A stretch of 64,000 nt of DNA from a virus, in the IMG/VR virus record IMGVR_UViG_3300017917_002938, positions 1 to 64,000 of that record; one strand, given 5' to 3'. Below are positions 1 to 16,179 of this stretch, piece by piece. The position numbers and the translations under genes were made by a program. The stretch's first letter is position 1; each line of letters opens with the position of its first letter. The notes under the pieces are model-generated. The model was not told the DNA's origin. It made no database searches and worked only from the letters and a program-made list of their open reading frames with translations.

Positions 1-3305
<3,305 letters not shown>

Positions 3306-3308
3306 TTG

Positions 3309-6300
3309 TTATGCCTGGCTTTCTGTCCATGAGATACGACCGGTTACCTGTAGTGGGTTAGTAGAAGTTACTTGTGATGGATCTTCCACTAATCTAGCTG
3401 TTAGAGTTAGAACATCAGGTCCATCAGGGTATGCATTATCCCCACCTAAAATACTGTTACCTAGTGTCGCGATTTCTTCCAAACTTACCGTGGTAGATTG
3501 TTGTGTTCTTGCAGTGTTACCCGATGTACCTTGAGCACGGAAAGAATATACACGAACACCACCTGTGACTGAGTTAATAGCATCATGGTAAATCAGCTGA
3601 CTCAGACTTGGATTCTGCACGCGAACCCAGTTATTATTATCTATACGTGCATTCAAGTACAGGCTAACCTCCATAGAATGGGTAGTCAAAATACCTACCG
3701 TTTTTAATATCAATTGCATTCTATTTATAATTTCTCTCTCACCTAGAGCTCCAATAGTACCGGTATCGACTGATGGAGCCAGCCTTATTGAAAGCAACGG
3801 AATTTCATAAACTAAAGAATCTTGGCCTGCTGTGATAGTGTAAGTTGACGCTTGACCCGCGGTAGCATTGGCAGTAGGAGCACTATCAATAATCATTAGT
3901 GTTCTATTACCTACAAGAGTTCCAGTATTTTGTCTGATTGGAATACTTGGTTGATATGGCTGATACGGAACGATTCTATTTGATGTAGGTAGCGAGGTTC
4001 TTGCTGAGGCAGGAATATTATTACCTGAGATAGGTAATCCAGCAGAAACAGATGATAGTTGTGCGTTAGGAGAAGATAGGGTAACCGCGTAACCTACTGT
4101 TTGTAGTCCTGTGTTTGAAATATATGGTTGATTATTAGACTCGATATATCCCGTAAATGTAATAGTAGAGTTACCGGTTAGAGTTAGCTGGTTCGAACCA
4201 GCCGTAAACAAGTAAGCTTTATCATCATCAAACCTACCATCCATAATAACAGACGTACCCCAGTGGGCAAGAGCTGGAACATATGTTGGTGTGCCTGTAT
4301 TTACTATTTCATAACGGCAAGGCAAGTTACCTGATCTTAAATAAGCTTCGGTTTGATAATTATTATGGATGAATTCATGTACGTATTTTACTGTACCTGT
4401 TGAGTCTTTAAATCCAAATCTAACCTTACCCGCACCGTACCAGGCATAGTCAATGTACGCCATTTGGATCTTGTGAATATCAAGGTTATACCCTGTAGGA
4501 CCTGTTCCATCACAAGGATCAATAGACCAAGATGATTGTATAACTTTTGTATCAACAGTTTTAGTAACAATAGTTCTTGTAGATGATGTGCCTCTGTAAT
4601 AAGGCATAATATGCATCTGGGTGTCATTATCTATTTGAACTACCTTATAACTCTGACCCTTGATAACAATGTAGTCACCTACGCTTAGCTGGGTTTGAAA
4701 ACTAGTCTCCGTTCCCGTAATAGTACCACTTCTAAACGTTGTGGTTACGGTTCCAGATAACTGTGTGGTAGAACTTCTTCTACATGCATATAGATCATTT
4801 CCATTATACTCATAAAAGAGACCGTTCTGATCATCGAACAAACCTAGTCTTAGTGCACAGTTGTTCCATGAGTTTACTACAAAAGAAGGAGCACCTCTAG
4901 CTTTAGAGTCTACTGGTGTGCCTGATAGAGTAACTGTAAAGTTGTACGGATCAATAACTGATGCTACTGTAAGTGTATGATTCCAGAAATTATTACCGGA
5001 TGTAACAGTCGCCCCGGATGTGGTTATGCTAGTACCAACTGATATTCTATGAGGATATCTTGTATAGATTGTTCCTGTGGTTCCTACTCTTGTAAAACTG
5101 TCAATTACAGTAGAAGGAGAGAAGTTGATAGCCAATGACACTTGCATACCTTTACCTGATTGGTAACGGAAATATTTTCTTGTCTGACGTATCATTGAGC
5201 TATCAGGATTAGTGCTTGGAATTAACTCAACCCCTCCATCATATGGTCTGTGAAGAGCAAAACCATCAGCCCTGACGCTCAGAGAGGATTTAATGCTATA
5301 CAATAATGCATTAGCTGTAGTAGGAGGTGCATCATTAAATGACATACCAGTCTTAGAAAACACAGCATTTACTACAGATGTAAAAGTGTTACCGATAGAA
5401 TAAGTAAATGTGGCTCTGGTATTTGTTACTTGAATATTATCAATTGGTAATATATTAGAAGCGGTAGGGTTGATACTATCGAAATAAGTATCGTAAATTT
5501 TTACCATGTTAGTAGGTGTCGTTGTATTTGACACGTTCACATAGTAAATTTGATTGTTAACAGCCCCGGTAGCACCAGTCGATGTATTAGAGAATACAAC
5601 AGGGATACCGTCTGTTAGACTATGGGCAGATCCAAAAGTTATTTCTCTCGATGTTGTATTAACTGCTGATACGTTTAGAGAAGCAGTATTGGCTGGATAA
5701 TATATCTGTACAATACTTCCTTTTTTAAAGAATGCAGAGAAGTTGGAGTTATTACCTGTTATGGTTTTCTGACCTGCAACTACGTTTACAGTACCAAATC
5801 CGTATGGTTCTCCAAAGATGGTATTAGTAGTAAATGAATCAAGTCCATCACCTCCAGCAAAAATACCTACAATATTAGCCCCTTGCAGAGCTTCTGCTTT
5901 TGTAGGAGACAGTTTGATAAAGTCATTAGTTATTTTAACACAATAGTAGACCTCTCCAGGGGTAAGACCTGATATTCCTTGTCCTGATGTATTTTGATAC
6001 AATAACGCTGTTCCAGTTTTTATTCTATGATCAGGTAAGTTAATTGCGTTTTCTCTTAGATTAACTCTCTGTTTAGAAAAGAAAGTTATTTCACGCTGAT
6101 CTATGTCACGAGCTGTTGTTAGTTGAAAGCTAGTACTATTCGTTACTGCAGTAATATTGTAAACACCGTCGCTGGCGCCTACCGATTCACTTTGAAATAA
6201 ATGAGTACCAGTAGATGAAGAAGTTATGTCAATCATTTCACTTTGTATAAAATCTCCAGTTCCCGTTAGAGGAAACGCTGTAGATACTATATCAGCAGTA

Positions 6301-8294
6301 TTACCAGCCGTAGCGCCTGCTGCTGACCAATACAAAGTGAAAGTGTTACTAGTATCTGCTCTTACAAAATAATGTTGACCAGATCTTAAACCACCAATTG
6401 GATTGTTTGATGTATATCTAATACCCTTACCAGTAGAAAACCCATGGACGTTGCTTAAGAAAACACTAGTAGAAGAACCAACATTACATGTAGTAGTGTT
6501 TTGAGTTATGGTTTTTGTATTAGATGAATACCCATTAGAAGTCGTTGCAAGTTTAAAGTTATTAGTAGTAGATGCAAAAATATAGTATACGTTAGCATCT
6601 ATAAGACCTCCTAGACTTGTCCCTCCTGTTGTGTTTGACTGATTATAATAGTATACTGATGCACCGTCGTTAAAACCATGGTTAGCAAAAAATATTGATT
6701 CATTATCTGATCTTGTTAATCTGCTTGTGATTACTAGATTAGCATATCCAAGATCTGATAATTCTACGGTTAAACCAGAAACTGTAGATAGTAAAGAGAA
6801 TCTATTATCGGAATATTTTCTAACAACGTATCTTGTGTTTGGACCTATAGCGTTAGGAACAGTATTAGATGTACCCGTTCCTGTAGTTATAGTAATAATA
6901 TCATTATCTACTAGTCCGTGGTTTGCTTGGTATATGGTGTTTCTATCCCCAAGTGTGGTAATAGGAACTACAAAACCTCCTGTAATATTATTTGAGGTTA
7001 GGTCAGTTATTCCGCCGAGAGTAGAAGTAGAAAAATTAAATTTTGTGTTACTATATTTTGTTCTTGAGTAGTAAATTTTATATCTGTTAATTTCTCTACT
7101 ATTCTGTGATGGTGTAAATGAAGATACGTTACCTATAAAGACAACTGGATTATTTTGAAGACTGGTCCATGCATTTCCAAAAGTATTACCATCTGTGTTA
7201 TAGTCTACTACCGTAATAGCATCTTGTCCTACAGCTGTATTGACCGACTGTATTTTATATGCTTTGTGAAATGCATGAGGAGTATTCCCCACAGGCATTG
7301 AAGAGCTGTTAACAACTATGGTAGCATTATTAACACCATTGTATAGCTGAAAAGTAGATGAAGAATGTACTTGTATTCTATAAACTTGAAACGGGGTTAC
7401 ACCAGGTATAGGTGAATTAGGACCCGGATCATAAAGATAATATGAATCAGTTGTTATACCGGATGTAGTAACACCAGCAAAAATAATGTTAGAGGTATTA
7501 TTTGATATAGTAATATTACTTGCGGTAAATGTGAAAGTATTAGATCCTTTCCAGTCATGAACCTGTAAGTTAAAATCATCATAGTTGAAACCAGAACCGC
7601 CTGATATTAATCCATTAGAAATTACATTGAAACTTGAATCAGTATACCCGTTTGCAACCGCTAATTGTGCGTTTACGTAAGCTCTAGAAGTACCTAAACT
7701 GTTTAATAAAAAGAATGATGTATTGTTTGAAAAATTTACCGGGTGATCAGTAGTAACTGTAATAGTTGATCCGTTAGCTCCGTCAGTGACTACATCGACT
7801 ATATCGTCAGAATCGAATAGAGTACCTTGATATACTGAGCCTGGGTATATTTCTGTGTAGGTATCTTTAACTGAACCTGTAAAGTTTTGAGTGTTCTTAG
7901 CTCTGTATTGAAAGGTAAAATTTGATAGTACAGTAGATACTATGAATGTACCGTCGCAGGTAATGTTTTTCGAACCAATAACGATGATTGGAGAACCGGG
8001 ATTGAGGTTATGAGGTAATGAGGTAGTTACAGTAACAATATTTGATCCGTTGGTAGTAGTCATATCCCCGAACGGAAGAGTCTCTTCACCTTGTCTAGCA
8101 AAAAAAGTAGGTATATTATTTACTAACTCAATAGTTTCCCATTTGGTAGGTTGTAAGCCGTACTCGAAGTCGGTATCAATCAGAGTCTCAGGTAAACTGA
8201 CTCTAAACTTAGAGACCGGATCGTAGAGATTCTCTACGGGTTCTATTCTTACGTCACCACTGATAGCTGATGATTGAATTCCATCTAACGGCAT
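3309..8294 (-). CDS. Large virion structural protein (1661 aa) with repeated H-G-[FL]-x-x-G-x-x-[VI]-x-Y beta modules
   Basis: T/S/N/G-rich. Repeats include PHNLNPGSPI, NHGLVDNDII, NHGFNDGASVYY, VHGFSTGKGIRY, DHRIKTGTALLY and AHSLTDGIPVVF. Lies in the late structural block. Confidence 0.7.
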   Translation of the reverse strand: MPLDGIQSSAISGDVRIEPVENLYDPVSKFRVSLPETLIDTDFEYGLQPTKWETIELVNNIPTFFARQGEETLPFGDMTTTNGSNIVTVTTSLPHNLNPGSPIIVIGSKNITCDGTFIVSTVLSNFTFQYRAKNTQNFTGSVKDTYTEIYPGSVYQGTLFDSDDIVDVVTDGANGSTITVTTDHPVNFSNNTSFFLLNSLGTSRAYVNAQLAVANGYTDSSFNVISNGLISGGSGFNYDDFNLQVHDWKGSNTFTFTASNITISNNTSNIIFAGVTTSGITTDSYYLYDPGPNSPIPGVTPFQVYRIQVHSSSTFQLYNGVNNATIVVNSSSMPVGNTPHAFHKAYKIQSVNTAVGQDAITVVDYNTDGNTFGNAWTSLQNNPVVFIGNVSSFTPSQNSREINRYKIYYSRTKYSNTKFNFSTSTLGGITDLTSNNITGGFVVPITTLGDRNTIYQANHGLVDNDIITITTGTGTSNTVPNAIGPNTRYVVRKYSDNRFSLLSTVSGLTVELSDLGYANLVITSRLTRSDNESIFFANHGFNDGASVYYYNQSNTTGGTSLGGLIDANVYYIFASTTNNFKLATTSNGYSSNTKTITQNTTTCNVGSSTSVFLSNVHGFSTGKGIRYTSNNPIGGLRSGQHYFVRADTSNTFTLYWSAAGATAGNTADIVSTAFPLTGTGDFIQSEMIDITSSSTGTHLFQSESVGASDGVYNITAVTNSTSFQLTTARDIDQREITFFSKQRVNLRENAINLPDHRIKTGTALLYQNTSGQGISGLTPGEVYYCVKITNDFIKLSPTKAEALQGANIVGIFAGGDGLDSFTTNTIFGEPYGFGTVNVVAGQKTITGNNSNFSAFFKKGSIVQIYYPANTASLNVSAVNTTSREITFGSAHSLTDGIPVVFSNTSTGATGAVNNQIYYVNVSNTTTPTNMVKIYDTYFDSINPTASNILPIDNIQVTNTRATFTYSIGNTFTSVVNAVFSKTGMSFNDAPPTTANALLYSIKSSLSVRADGFALHRPYDGGVELIPSTNPDSSMIRQTRKYFRYQSGKGMQVSLAINFSPSTVIDSFTRVGTTGTIYTRYPHRISVGTSITTSGATVTSGNNFWNHTLTVASVIDPYNFTVTLSGTPVDSKARGAPSFVVNSWNNCALRLGLFDDQNGLFYEYNGNDLYACRRSSTTQLSGTVTTTFRSGTITGTETSFQTQLSVGDYIVIKGQSYKVVQIDNDTQMHIMPYYRGTSSTRTIVTKTVDTKVIQSSWSIDPCDGTGPTGYNLDIHKIQMAYIDYAWYGAGKVRFGFKDSTGTVKYVHEFIHNNYQTEAYLRSGNLPCRYEIVNTGTPTYVPALAHWGTSVIMDGRFDDDKAYLFTAGSNQLTLTGNSTITFTGYIESNNQPYISNTGLQTVGYAVTLSSPNAQLSSVSAGLPISGNNIPASARTSLPTSNRIVPYQPYQPSIPIRQNTGTLVGNRTLMIIDSAPTANATAGQASTYTITAGQDSLVYEIPLLSIRLAPSVDTGTIGALGEREIINRMQLILKTVGILTTHSMEVSLYLNARIDNNNWVRVQNPSLSQLIYHDAINSVTGGVRVYSFRAQGTSGNTARTQQSTTVSLEEIATLGNSILGGDNAYPDGPDVLTLTARLVEDPSQVTSTNPLQVTGRISWTESQA

Positions 8295-8296
8295 TA

Positions 8297-10990
<2,694 letters not shown>

Positions 10991-11020
10991 ATGGCTCCTG
11001 GGTTAAGCTCTATATAGAGC

Positions 11021-12991
11021 CTAGTAATTCACATCGCCAGGTTTTCTAGCAGTCCAAATTACTAAACTATATTTTGTTCCTTTTGTTACTGGTTTACCTT
11101 CGTGTCCGTGGGTAACTTGCCCAGGCCACAATAACATAGTTCCTTTAGGTATATTTATGTTGCTAAATTTCTGACGATAGAAGTAAGTTTCTCCTCCTTC
11201 ATACTCATCATTTAAGCGAATAATACCAGAAACTAAAGAAGCATCGTGATGGCAATGCAGTCTATCTTGTGTTCCAGGGCTGTATTTTATAACAAATGCA
11301 TCTCTTAACTCATACATTAGAAGCGGAAACCAGTATTTTTCTATCTGTGGATTAATAACTTCTTTGAAATGATTTTCTAAAGCGTTCCAGAAATCCATAG
11401 AGAATGATCGTATTCTAACCTCTTGTCCGGGAAACTTATCTCCGTACATAGATTCCCATTTACCTTTTGTTTCTGCTTCATTTACCAACCATTTACACAT
11501 CTCTGACGTCATAAAAGGGATAGTTAAAAATTCTTGTCCTAGATCAGTAACTTTAGCGCTACGAATAAAATATCCTTTGTCTTCAGGTGCTAGACGTTCG
11601 TATATACTTTTTAATATATCCTTCATGCGGTCACCGCCATTACCATGAAGAACGCACGGGCAACAATTAGTTTCTTTGTTAATTAGTTGACCGTTGTTTT
11701 TTATACCTATACTATCTACACTACCATTCAAGCACTGAAAAATATAGTTTTCAGTGTCTAACTTTATCTTGGCGTATGAAGGTTCGGTAAGGCTTTCAAG
11801 AAACCGATTAGTAAAATATTCTTGATCGTCTTGTCGATCATGAATTTCCATCCTCAAAATATGTTTAAGCGAACCTACTCTGCCGATATAAAGACCTGAG
11901 TTTAAAAATCTATATCTTGTCTCAGTCGCAGGGTACTTTTCTGCTAACGAATCTTTTGGCCAGCAAAAAGGCTCGGCAGCAAATAATACATCACAATCAA
12001 ACTCAAAAAATCTACCTATGATATTATTAATATGGTCGTTTACAATAACATCATATCCGTCAGCAAAAAAAACGATATCATCGTTGGGCAAAGAATTAAT
12101 TTCTTTTTTAACAAGGTTAATTTTTTGCCCGCCGCCTGGAGTAATCATATCACCACCATTCCAGGTCATATTTAAACCTAAGTTTTTAAAAGAGTAACCA
12201 AACCGATCAGCGGACTTTTGTAAAAGTTCAGTCTTTGACTCGTCAGTACCTACTGTTAAAAGATGTAATTTAGTTTCGTTATCCATAATAGATTTTCCCA
12301 TTTCAATATCAGATCCAAACTTATCTCTGGAATGTTGTTTAAAAATGCTTTGTTTGTATGCAGCTGCTTTGACTGGTAGAACACTTGAGAAACGTTTTTG
12401 TAAGTCGTTTAACAATTCTCTTGTATGACCAGATAAGCTATGATTAAAATAATCTACTCCTAGAACGCAGGGTAAAAACTCATCCACAGGAATAATACTG
12501 CGATTATAACCCGATTTAATTAAGCGTTTTGCTAGCGCAGGCGTTAAGGCGTATGAGGTTGTAAGGTATGGGTAATAAGGTTTTACCAGCTCGGAGTTAA
12601 TTTGCTGCTCCTGCTCTGGAACCATTTCCTTATGATGAAGATAAACTAAGTCATATGACTCAAGATTTTTTTCTATTGATTCTAAATCTAGATTGGAGGA
12701 TAGATACGCATCATCTTCTACTATCAGAATATTTTGTTCTATTTGAGCACATATCTCCCATAACTTAAAATGAGATACTGCGCAAGCTACTTCTGTTAGT
12801 GTGAGAGGTCTTTTAAGAAGAGGGTCACGCCATTCTTTCAAAGGAAAAAAATCTTCCTCTTCAAATTCAGCAACAGTTAGTTCAGTACCATCAACAGCAG
12901 AAAATCTTTCCCATTTATAATTTTTTAGCTCTGCTGTAATAGAACGTAATCTATCTTGCCTTTTATCCAGGTTGATTACGAAGATTTTCAT
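11021..12991 (-). CDS. Putative trifunctional collagen-modifying enzyme: GT25 (COLGALT-like) + PLOD/LH3-like GT-A + lysyl hydroxylase (2OG-Fe(II))
   Basis: N-terminal INLDKRQDRL, RFSAVDG, RDPLLKRPLT.TEVAC.VSH, VEDDA, IPVDEFLP. Middle LGLNMTWNGGD, GGGQKINL, DGYD, AEPFCWP, RFLNSGLYIG, DDQ, IFQCLNG, HGNG. C-terminal HHDAS, YEGG, WPGQVTHGHEG.PVT.GTKY. Confidence 0.85.
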   Translation of the reverse strand: MKIFVINLDKRQDRLRSITAELKNYKWERFSAVDGTELTVAEFEEEDFFPLKEWRDPLLKRPLTLTEVACAVSHFKLWEICAQIEQNILIVEDDAYLSSNLDLESIEKNLESYDLVYLHHKEMVPEQEQQINSELVKPYYPYLTTSYALTPALAKRLIKSGYNRSIIPVDEFLPCVLGVDYFNHSLSGHTRELLNDLQKRFSSVLPVKAAAYKQSIFKQHSRDKFGSDIEMGKSIMDNETKLHLLTVGTDESKTELLQKSADRFGYSFKNLGLNMTWNGGDMITPGGGQKINLVKKEINSLPNDDIVFFADGYDVIVNDHINNIIGRFFEFDCDVLFAAEPFCWPKDSLAEKYPATETRYRFLNSGLYIGRVGSLKHILRMEIHDRQDDQEYFTNRFLESLTEPSYAKIKLDTENYIFQCLNGSVDSIGIKNNGQLINKETNCCPCVLHGNGGDRMKDILKSIYERLAPEDKGYFIRSAKVTDLGQEFLTIPFMTSEMCKWLVNEAETKGKWESMYGDKFPGQEVRIRSFSMDFWNALENHFKEVINPQIEKYWFPLLMYELRDAFVIKYSPGTQDRLHCHHDASLVSGIIRLNDEYEGGETYFYRQKFSNINIPKGTMLLWPGQVTHGHEGKPVTKGTKYSLVIWTARKPGDVNY

Positions 12992-13397
12992 TTACGGCTG
13001 GCTCGGCTTGTGGTACATATTTTTGAATGCTCTCTGCGTATTCTCTAAAATGATTTGCAGCTTTTTCTGCCTGCTCGGTTCTTGCAGTTAAATCATTAAT
13101 ATCGTCCGTACTCTTTATTTTAAGAGCATTCAACTCTGTGATCAACTCTTCATTAGTTTTGTGGTATTGTTTTAGTCTATTTTTTAAATCTTCTCTTTTC
13201 TCTTCGGATTTAAGTAGATTTTCTTTGACTAAGCTCAACTCGCGCTCATGGTGCGCTTTTTGATCGCTAAGATTTTTTAGTTCACCTTCTAAAACCGATA
13301 TCCTAGTATCAGCTATAAGAAGACGGGCCTGAAGATCGTTTATCAGGCCCGTTTGTTTTTGTATAAAAGTGTTTAAAAATGCGTCATTCATTTCCAT
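12963..13397 (-). CDS. Coiled-coil hypothetical protein
   Basis: Heptad-rich E/K/L sequence. SD-like AGGA upstream. Its 3' end overlaps the start of the hydroxylase/GT gene. Confidence 0.7.
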   Translation of the reverse strand: MEMNDAFLNTFIQKQTGLINDLQARLLIADTRISVLEGELKNLSDQKAHHERELSLVKENLLKSEEKREDLKNRLKQYHKTNEELITELNALKIKSTDDINDLTARTEQAEKAANHFREYAESIQKYVPQAEPAVNENLRNQPG

Positions 13398-13413
13398 AAT
13401 AATTCCTACATGA

Positions 13414-14049
13414 TTAAGTTAGAACATGAAGTGCATGTTCGTAGTGTTTAATTCTATCCTCAAGACCAATAAATCCACCATTAATTTTTCTTGTCATGGT
13501 TTTAATATCGCCTGCGTCTGCTTCTTTATTTAGGTTGTTAGTTTCCCAGAACCAGCAACCTGATTGTACTGCTCCTTCAAACGTCATCAGGAACTCCGGT
13601 ATCTGTTCGATAGGTGTTTCAATTGAATCAGCAAATGCTTGGTAGTTGTTTCTACCGGTTAATTGAATTAAACCTCTTCCGCAAAATTTAAACCCGTCGC
13701 CGGTTTCTTCTGGTCCATTACCCATTCTACCACCATAAACCTTATTAGCAATAGCTTCTTGTTTGTTGGGTAAAGACGCGTACTGTCTTGCTATGTCAAT
13801 GGTTGGAAAATATTTTGGAAATATTTTAAGTAGGGTTTCAGCCTTATAGTTTAAATTTTCCTTAAGGGTTCTGAAACCACCCGATTCATGCGCGCATTGA
13901 GCAATAAAAGCTGCTACTCTCATCGGAGTGTTTATCTCATAATCGGGTAACAATAAACTTAATGCACCGTGCCAGTTTGAAACATACTTGTTACCTGGTA
14001 GTAGTTGAGATAATTTTGCTTGTGAAAAATCAAATGTAAAACCTGACAT
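13414..14049 (-). CDS. GH19 (chitinase-like) endolysin
   Basis: AAFIAQCAHESGGF..LKENLNY, ANKVYGGRMGNG, FCGRGLIQLTGRNNY, TRKINGGFIGLEDR. Confidence 0.92.
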   Translation of the reverse strand: MSGFTFDFSQAKLSQLLPGNKYVSNWHGALSLLLPDYEINTPMRVAAFIAQCAHESGGFRTLKENLNYKAETLLKIFPKYFPTIDIARQYASLPNKQEAIANKVYGGRMGNGPEETGDGFKFCGRGLIQLTGRNNYQAFADSIETPIEQIPEFLMTFEGAVQSGCWFWETNNLNKEADAGDIKTMTRKINGGFIGLEDRIKHYEHALHVLT

Positions 14050-14058
14050 TATGTCTCC

Positions 14059-15567
14059 TTAAAATCCGCCGCCGTCTAAGTCGTCATAGACAAGCGTTGT
14101 TCCGTTTGATTGAAGTACTTTTCCTACTGCCCCAACCGCAAGCGTTTGTATACCGGAAGTAGAGTTACCTACTAAAATATCACCCAGACTATATGTCTTG
14201 TATCCAGTACCACCGGAGTTAGAATATAGTGCGGTATCTAAAAGAAGAGTGTTGGCTGTAATATCAACACTAATAGTTGAATTAGCAACAATTGATACGG
14301 TAGTTGAGTTAGATGTAAATGCTCCAGACTCAAGGTACGATACCAAGGTGGCAATGCTGAATGTAGCGTTAGAAGTATCTACCGTAGTAGTAGGATTAGG
14401 AGTTAGTCCTTTGAATAACTTCCACTTACCGTCTGTAGCATCTCTGAAGAGACCAGTATGCTCATGAAGTCCAACTCCATCACTATAACTTCCGTACAAG
14501 CCAATGTCTAAAATATCGGATGATTCGTTGTTAGATGCTAACTGTAGTAACGAATCAGTAACAGAAATTGTTGATACGTTTAAGGATGTTAGCGCTCCGG
14601 TGACGTTTAAATTACCAGTAACATTAACATCGCCGTTAAACGTAGCTCCATTTGAACCGGTTATATGTCCGGTGTAAATGTGGTTCCAGTATAGATTAGT
14701 AGAACCTAGATTGTAAGTTGTGTTAGCTTGAGGTGTAAAGTCAGAGCCGACTCTAGAATCAAATACAACTATGTCAGCTGTTGCATTATTACCAATATAA
14801 GTGTTACCTTTAACATCTAAAATACCAGTAATAGTTGCGTTACCAGACGCACTTATAACGTCGACATAAATTGTATTAGTTGTTACTGACTGGTTGGTAA
14901 TATTTGAGAAAACAGTTGAGTTACCTACCAACACAGCTGTGGAGTTGATTGTTACTCCATTAGCTACTATAATCGATGTGTTAACATTGAGAGTATTAGA
15001 TAACCCTATTACTACATCATGATTATTAAAAGATACATTGATCCCGTCTAGTGTACCACCTATGGAATGATTTTCCCAAGTGTTGGCAGCCTGATCGTAG
15101 ACTAAAATCTGATTGTTAGTTGCCGATGTAAGTGTTACATCTGTAAGTTCATCAAGTGTAGAGGCAGCATAGTTATCTACGTAGTCTTTTATTACCCATG
15201 CTGGAGCAATCTGGTTATTTGTAGCACCAGATAGAGTAGAATCGAGAATAATACTGGTAATGTATCTCTGAGTGTTACCTGTGGCGCCAATAACTAGATT
15301 AGCAGTTCTTATTTCATTTATAGAACTGTTGCCATCAGCAATCACAACAGCGTTGGCAGTTAGTGTGCCTGGTGCTGAAGTGTTACTTTGATGTAACCAC
15401 TGGTATTTACCACCAGCAATTCTTGTAACGGTGTTGCTATCACCGGGCATCCCGATGAATAGCGAGTTAGAAGTACTATTACCCGAGTAAGCTAGTTCAC
15501 CGTTGGCTAATGATGTAGGAGTAGCTGTCGTCGCACTTCTTTTTATTTGTAGTACTGTGTTCGACAT
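14059..15567 (-). CDS. Tail fibre/virion protein (502 aa)
   Basis: N-terminus LQIKRSATTATPTSLANGELAYS, a GNLNVTG motif, HTGLFRDATDGKWKLF and a C-terminal DLDGGGF. Confidence 0.75.
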   Translation of the reverse strand: MSNTVLQIKRSATTATPTSLANGELAYSGNSTSNSLFIGMPGDSNTVTRIAGGKYQWLHQSNTSAPGTLTANAVVIADGNSSINEIRTANLVIGATGNTQRYITSIILDSTLSGATNNQIAPAWVIKDYVDNYAASTLDELTDVTLTSATNNQILVYDQAANTWENHSIGGTLDGINVSFNNHDVVIGLSNTLNVNTSIIVANGVTINSTAVLVGNSTVFSNITNQSVTTNTIYVDVISASGNATITGILDVKGNTYIGNNATADIVVFDSRVGSDFTPQANTTYNLGSTNLYWNHIYTGHITGSNGATFNGDVNVTGNLNVTGALTSLNVSTISVTDSLLQLASNNESSDILDIGLYGSYSDGVGLHEHTGLFRDATDGKWKLFKGLTPNPTTTVDTSNATFSIATLVSYLESGAFTSNSTTVSIVANSTISVDITANTLLLDTALYSNSGGTGYKTYSLGDILVGNSTSGIQTLAVGAVGKVLQSNGTTLVYDDLDGGGF

Positions 15568-15842
15568 TAGAATGAGCCCCCATCGAAATCACCAACTAGA
15601 CTGCTAGCTGATAACCTCTGTAGTATGTATTTATCCGTTGCAAGATCGTATACTAGAGTCATTCCTGTATCTGGTGAGTTGCCCTCGGTGACATCTAATA
15701 ACTGATCTAATCTATTGTATTCAGTTGTTGAAGTAGATAGTGTAATTGGTTCGTTCGTAACTATAGTTTGACCGGTCAGATTTACCTGTGCTTGCTGCAC
15801 CGGAGTCTGATTAGTTTCTACGATAACTTGAATAGATTCCAT
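15567..15842 (-). CDS. Small virion/fibre-associated protein
   Basis: RLDQLLDV..TLVYD motif and C-terminal DGGSF, similar to the neighbouring fibre's end. Translationally coupled to the next gene. Confidence 0.65.
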   Translation of the reverse strand: MESIQVIVETNQTPVQQAQVNLTGQTIVTNEPITLSTSTTEYNRLDQLLDVTEGNSPDTGMTLVYDLATDKYILQRLSASSLVGDFDGGSF

Positions 15843-15847
15843 GATTG

Positions 15848-16177
15848 TTATCTTGTTACGTTAGGAAATACCGTTACAATTCCTTCAAGCACCCTGGATA
15901 CAACACCCGTAGAATCGGTTAACTCAACGTCGTACAGATATCTACCCGCAACTATATTTGCAGTTGAGTTAGCCGTGAGAGCAAGACGAACGGTACCTGC
16001 AGTGTTGCCTAGTGATACAGAGAAGTTAACAGCATTTGAAGATGTGAAGTGCTTTCTCATTTGAGACGCACCTGTATAACCAGTTAAATCAACCACGTTG
16101 TTTTCTTTATCGGTCAGAGTGATAGTGGTCTGAAACGTAGCACCCTGATCTATTATTAAATTTGCTTTTTGTGCCAT
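15848..16177 (-). CDS. Ig-like virion/fibre adaptor protein (BppU-N-like)
   Basis: ANLIIDQGATF...DLTGYTGASQMRK...GRYLYDVEL...RVLEGIVTV.P.VTR pattern common in T4-like phages. Confidence 0.75.
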   Translation of the reverse strand: MAQKANLIIDQGATFQTTITLTDKENNVVDLTGYTGASQMRKHFTSSNAVNFSVSLGNTAGTVRLALTANSTANIVAGRYLYDVELTDSTGVVSRVLEGIVTVFPNVTR

Positions 16178-16179
16178 AG

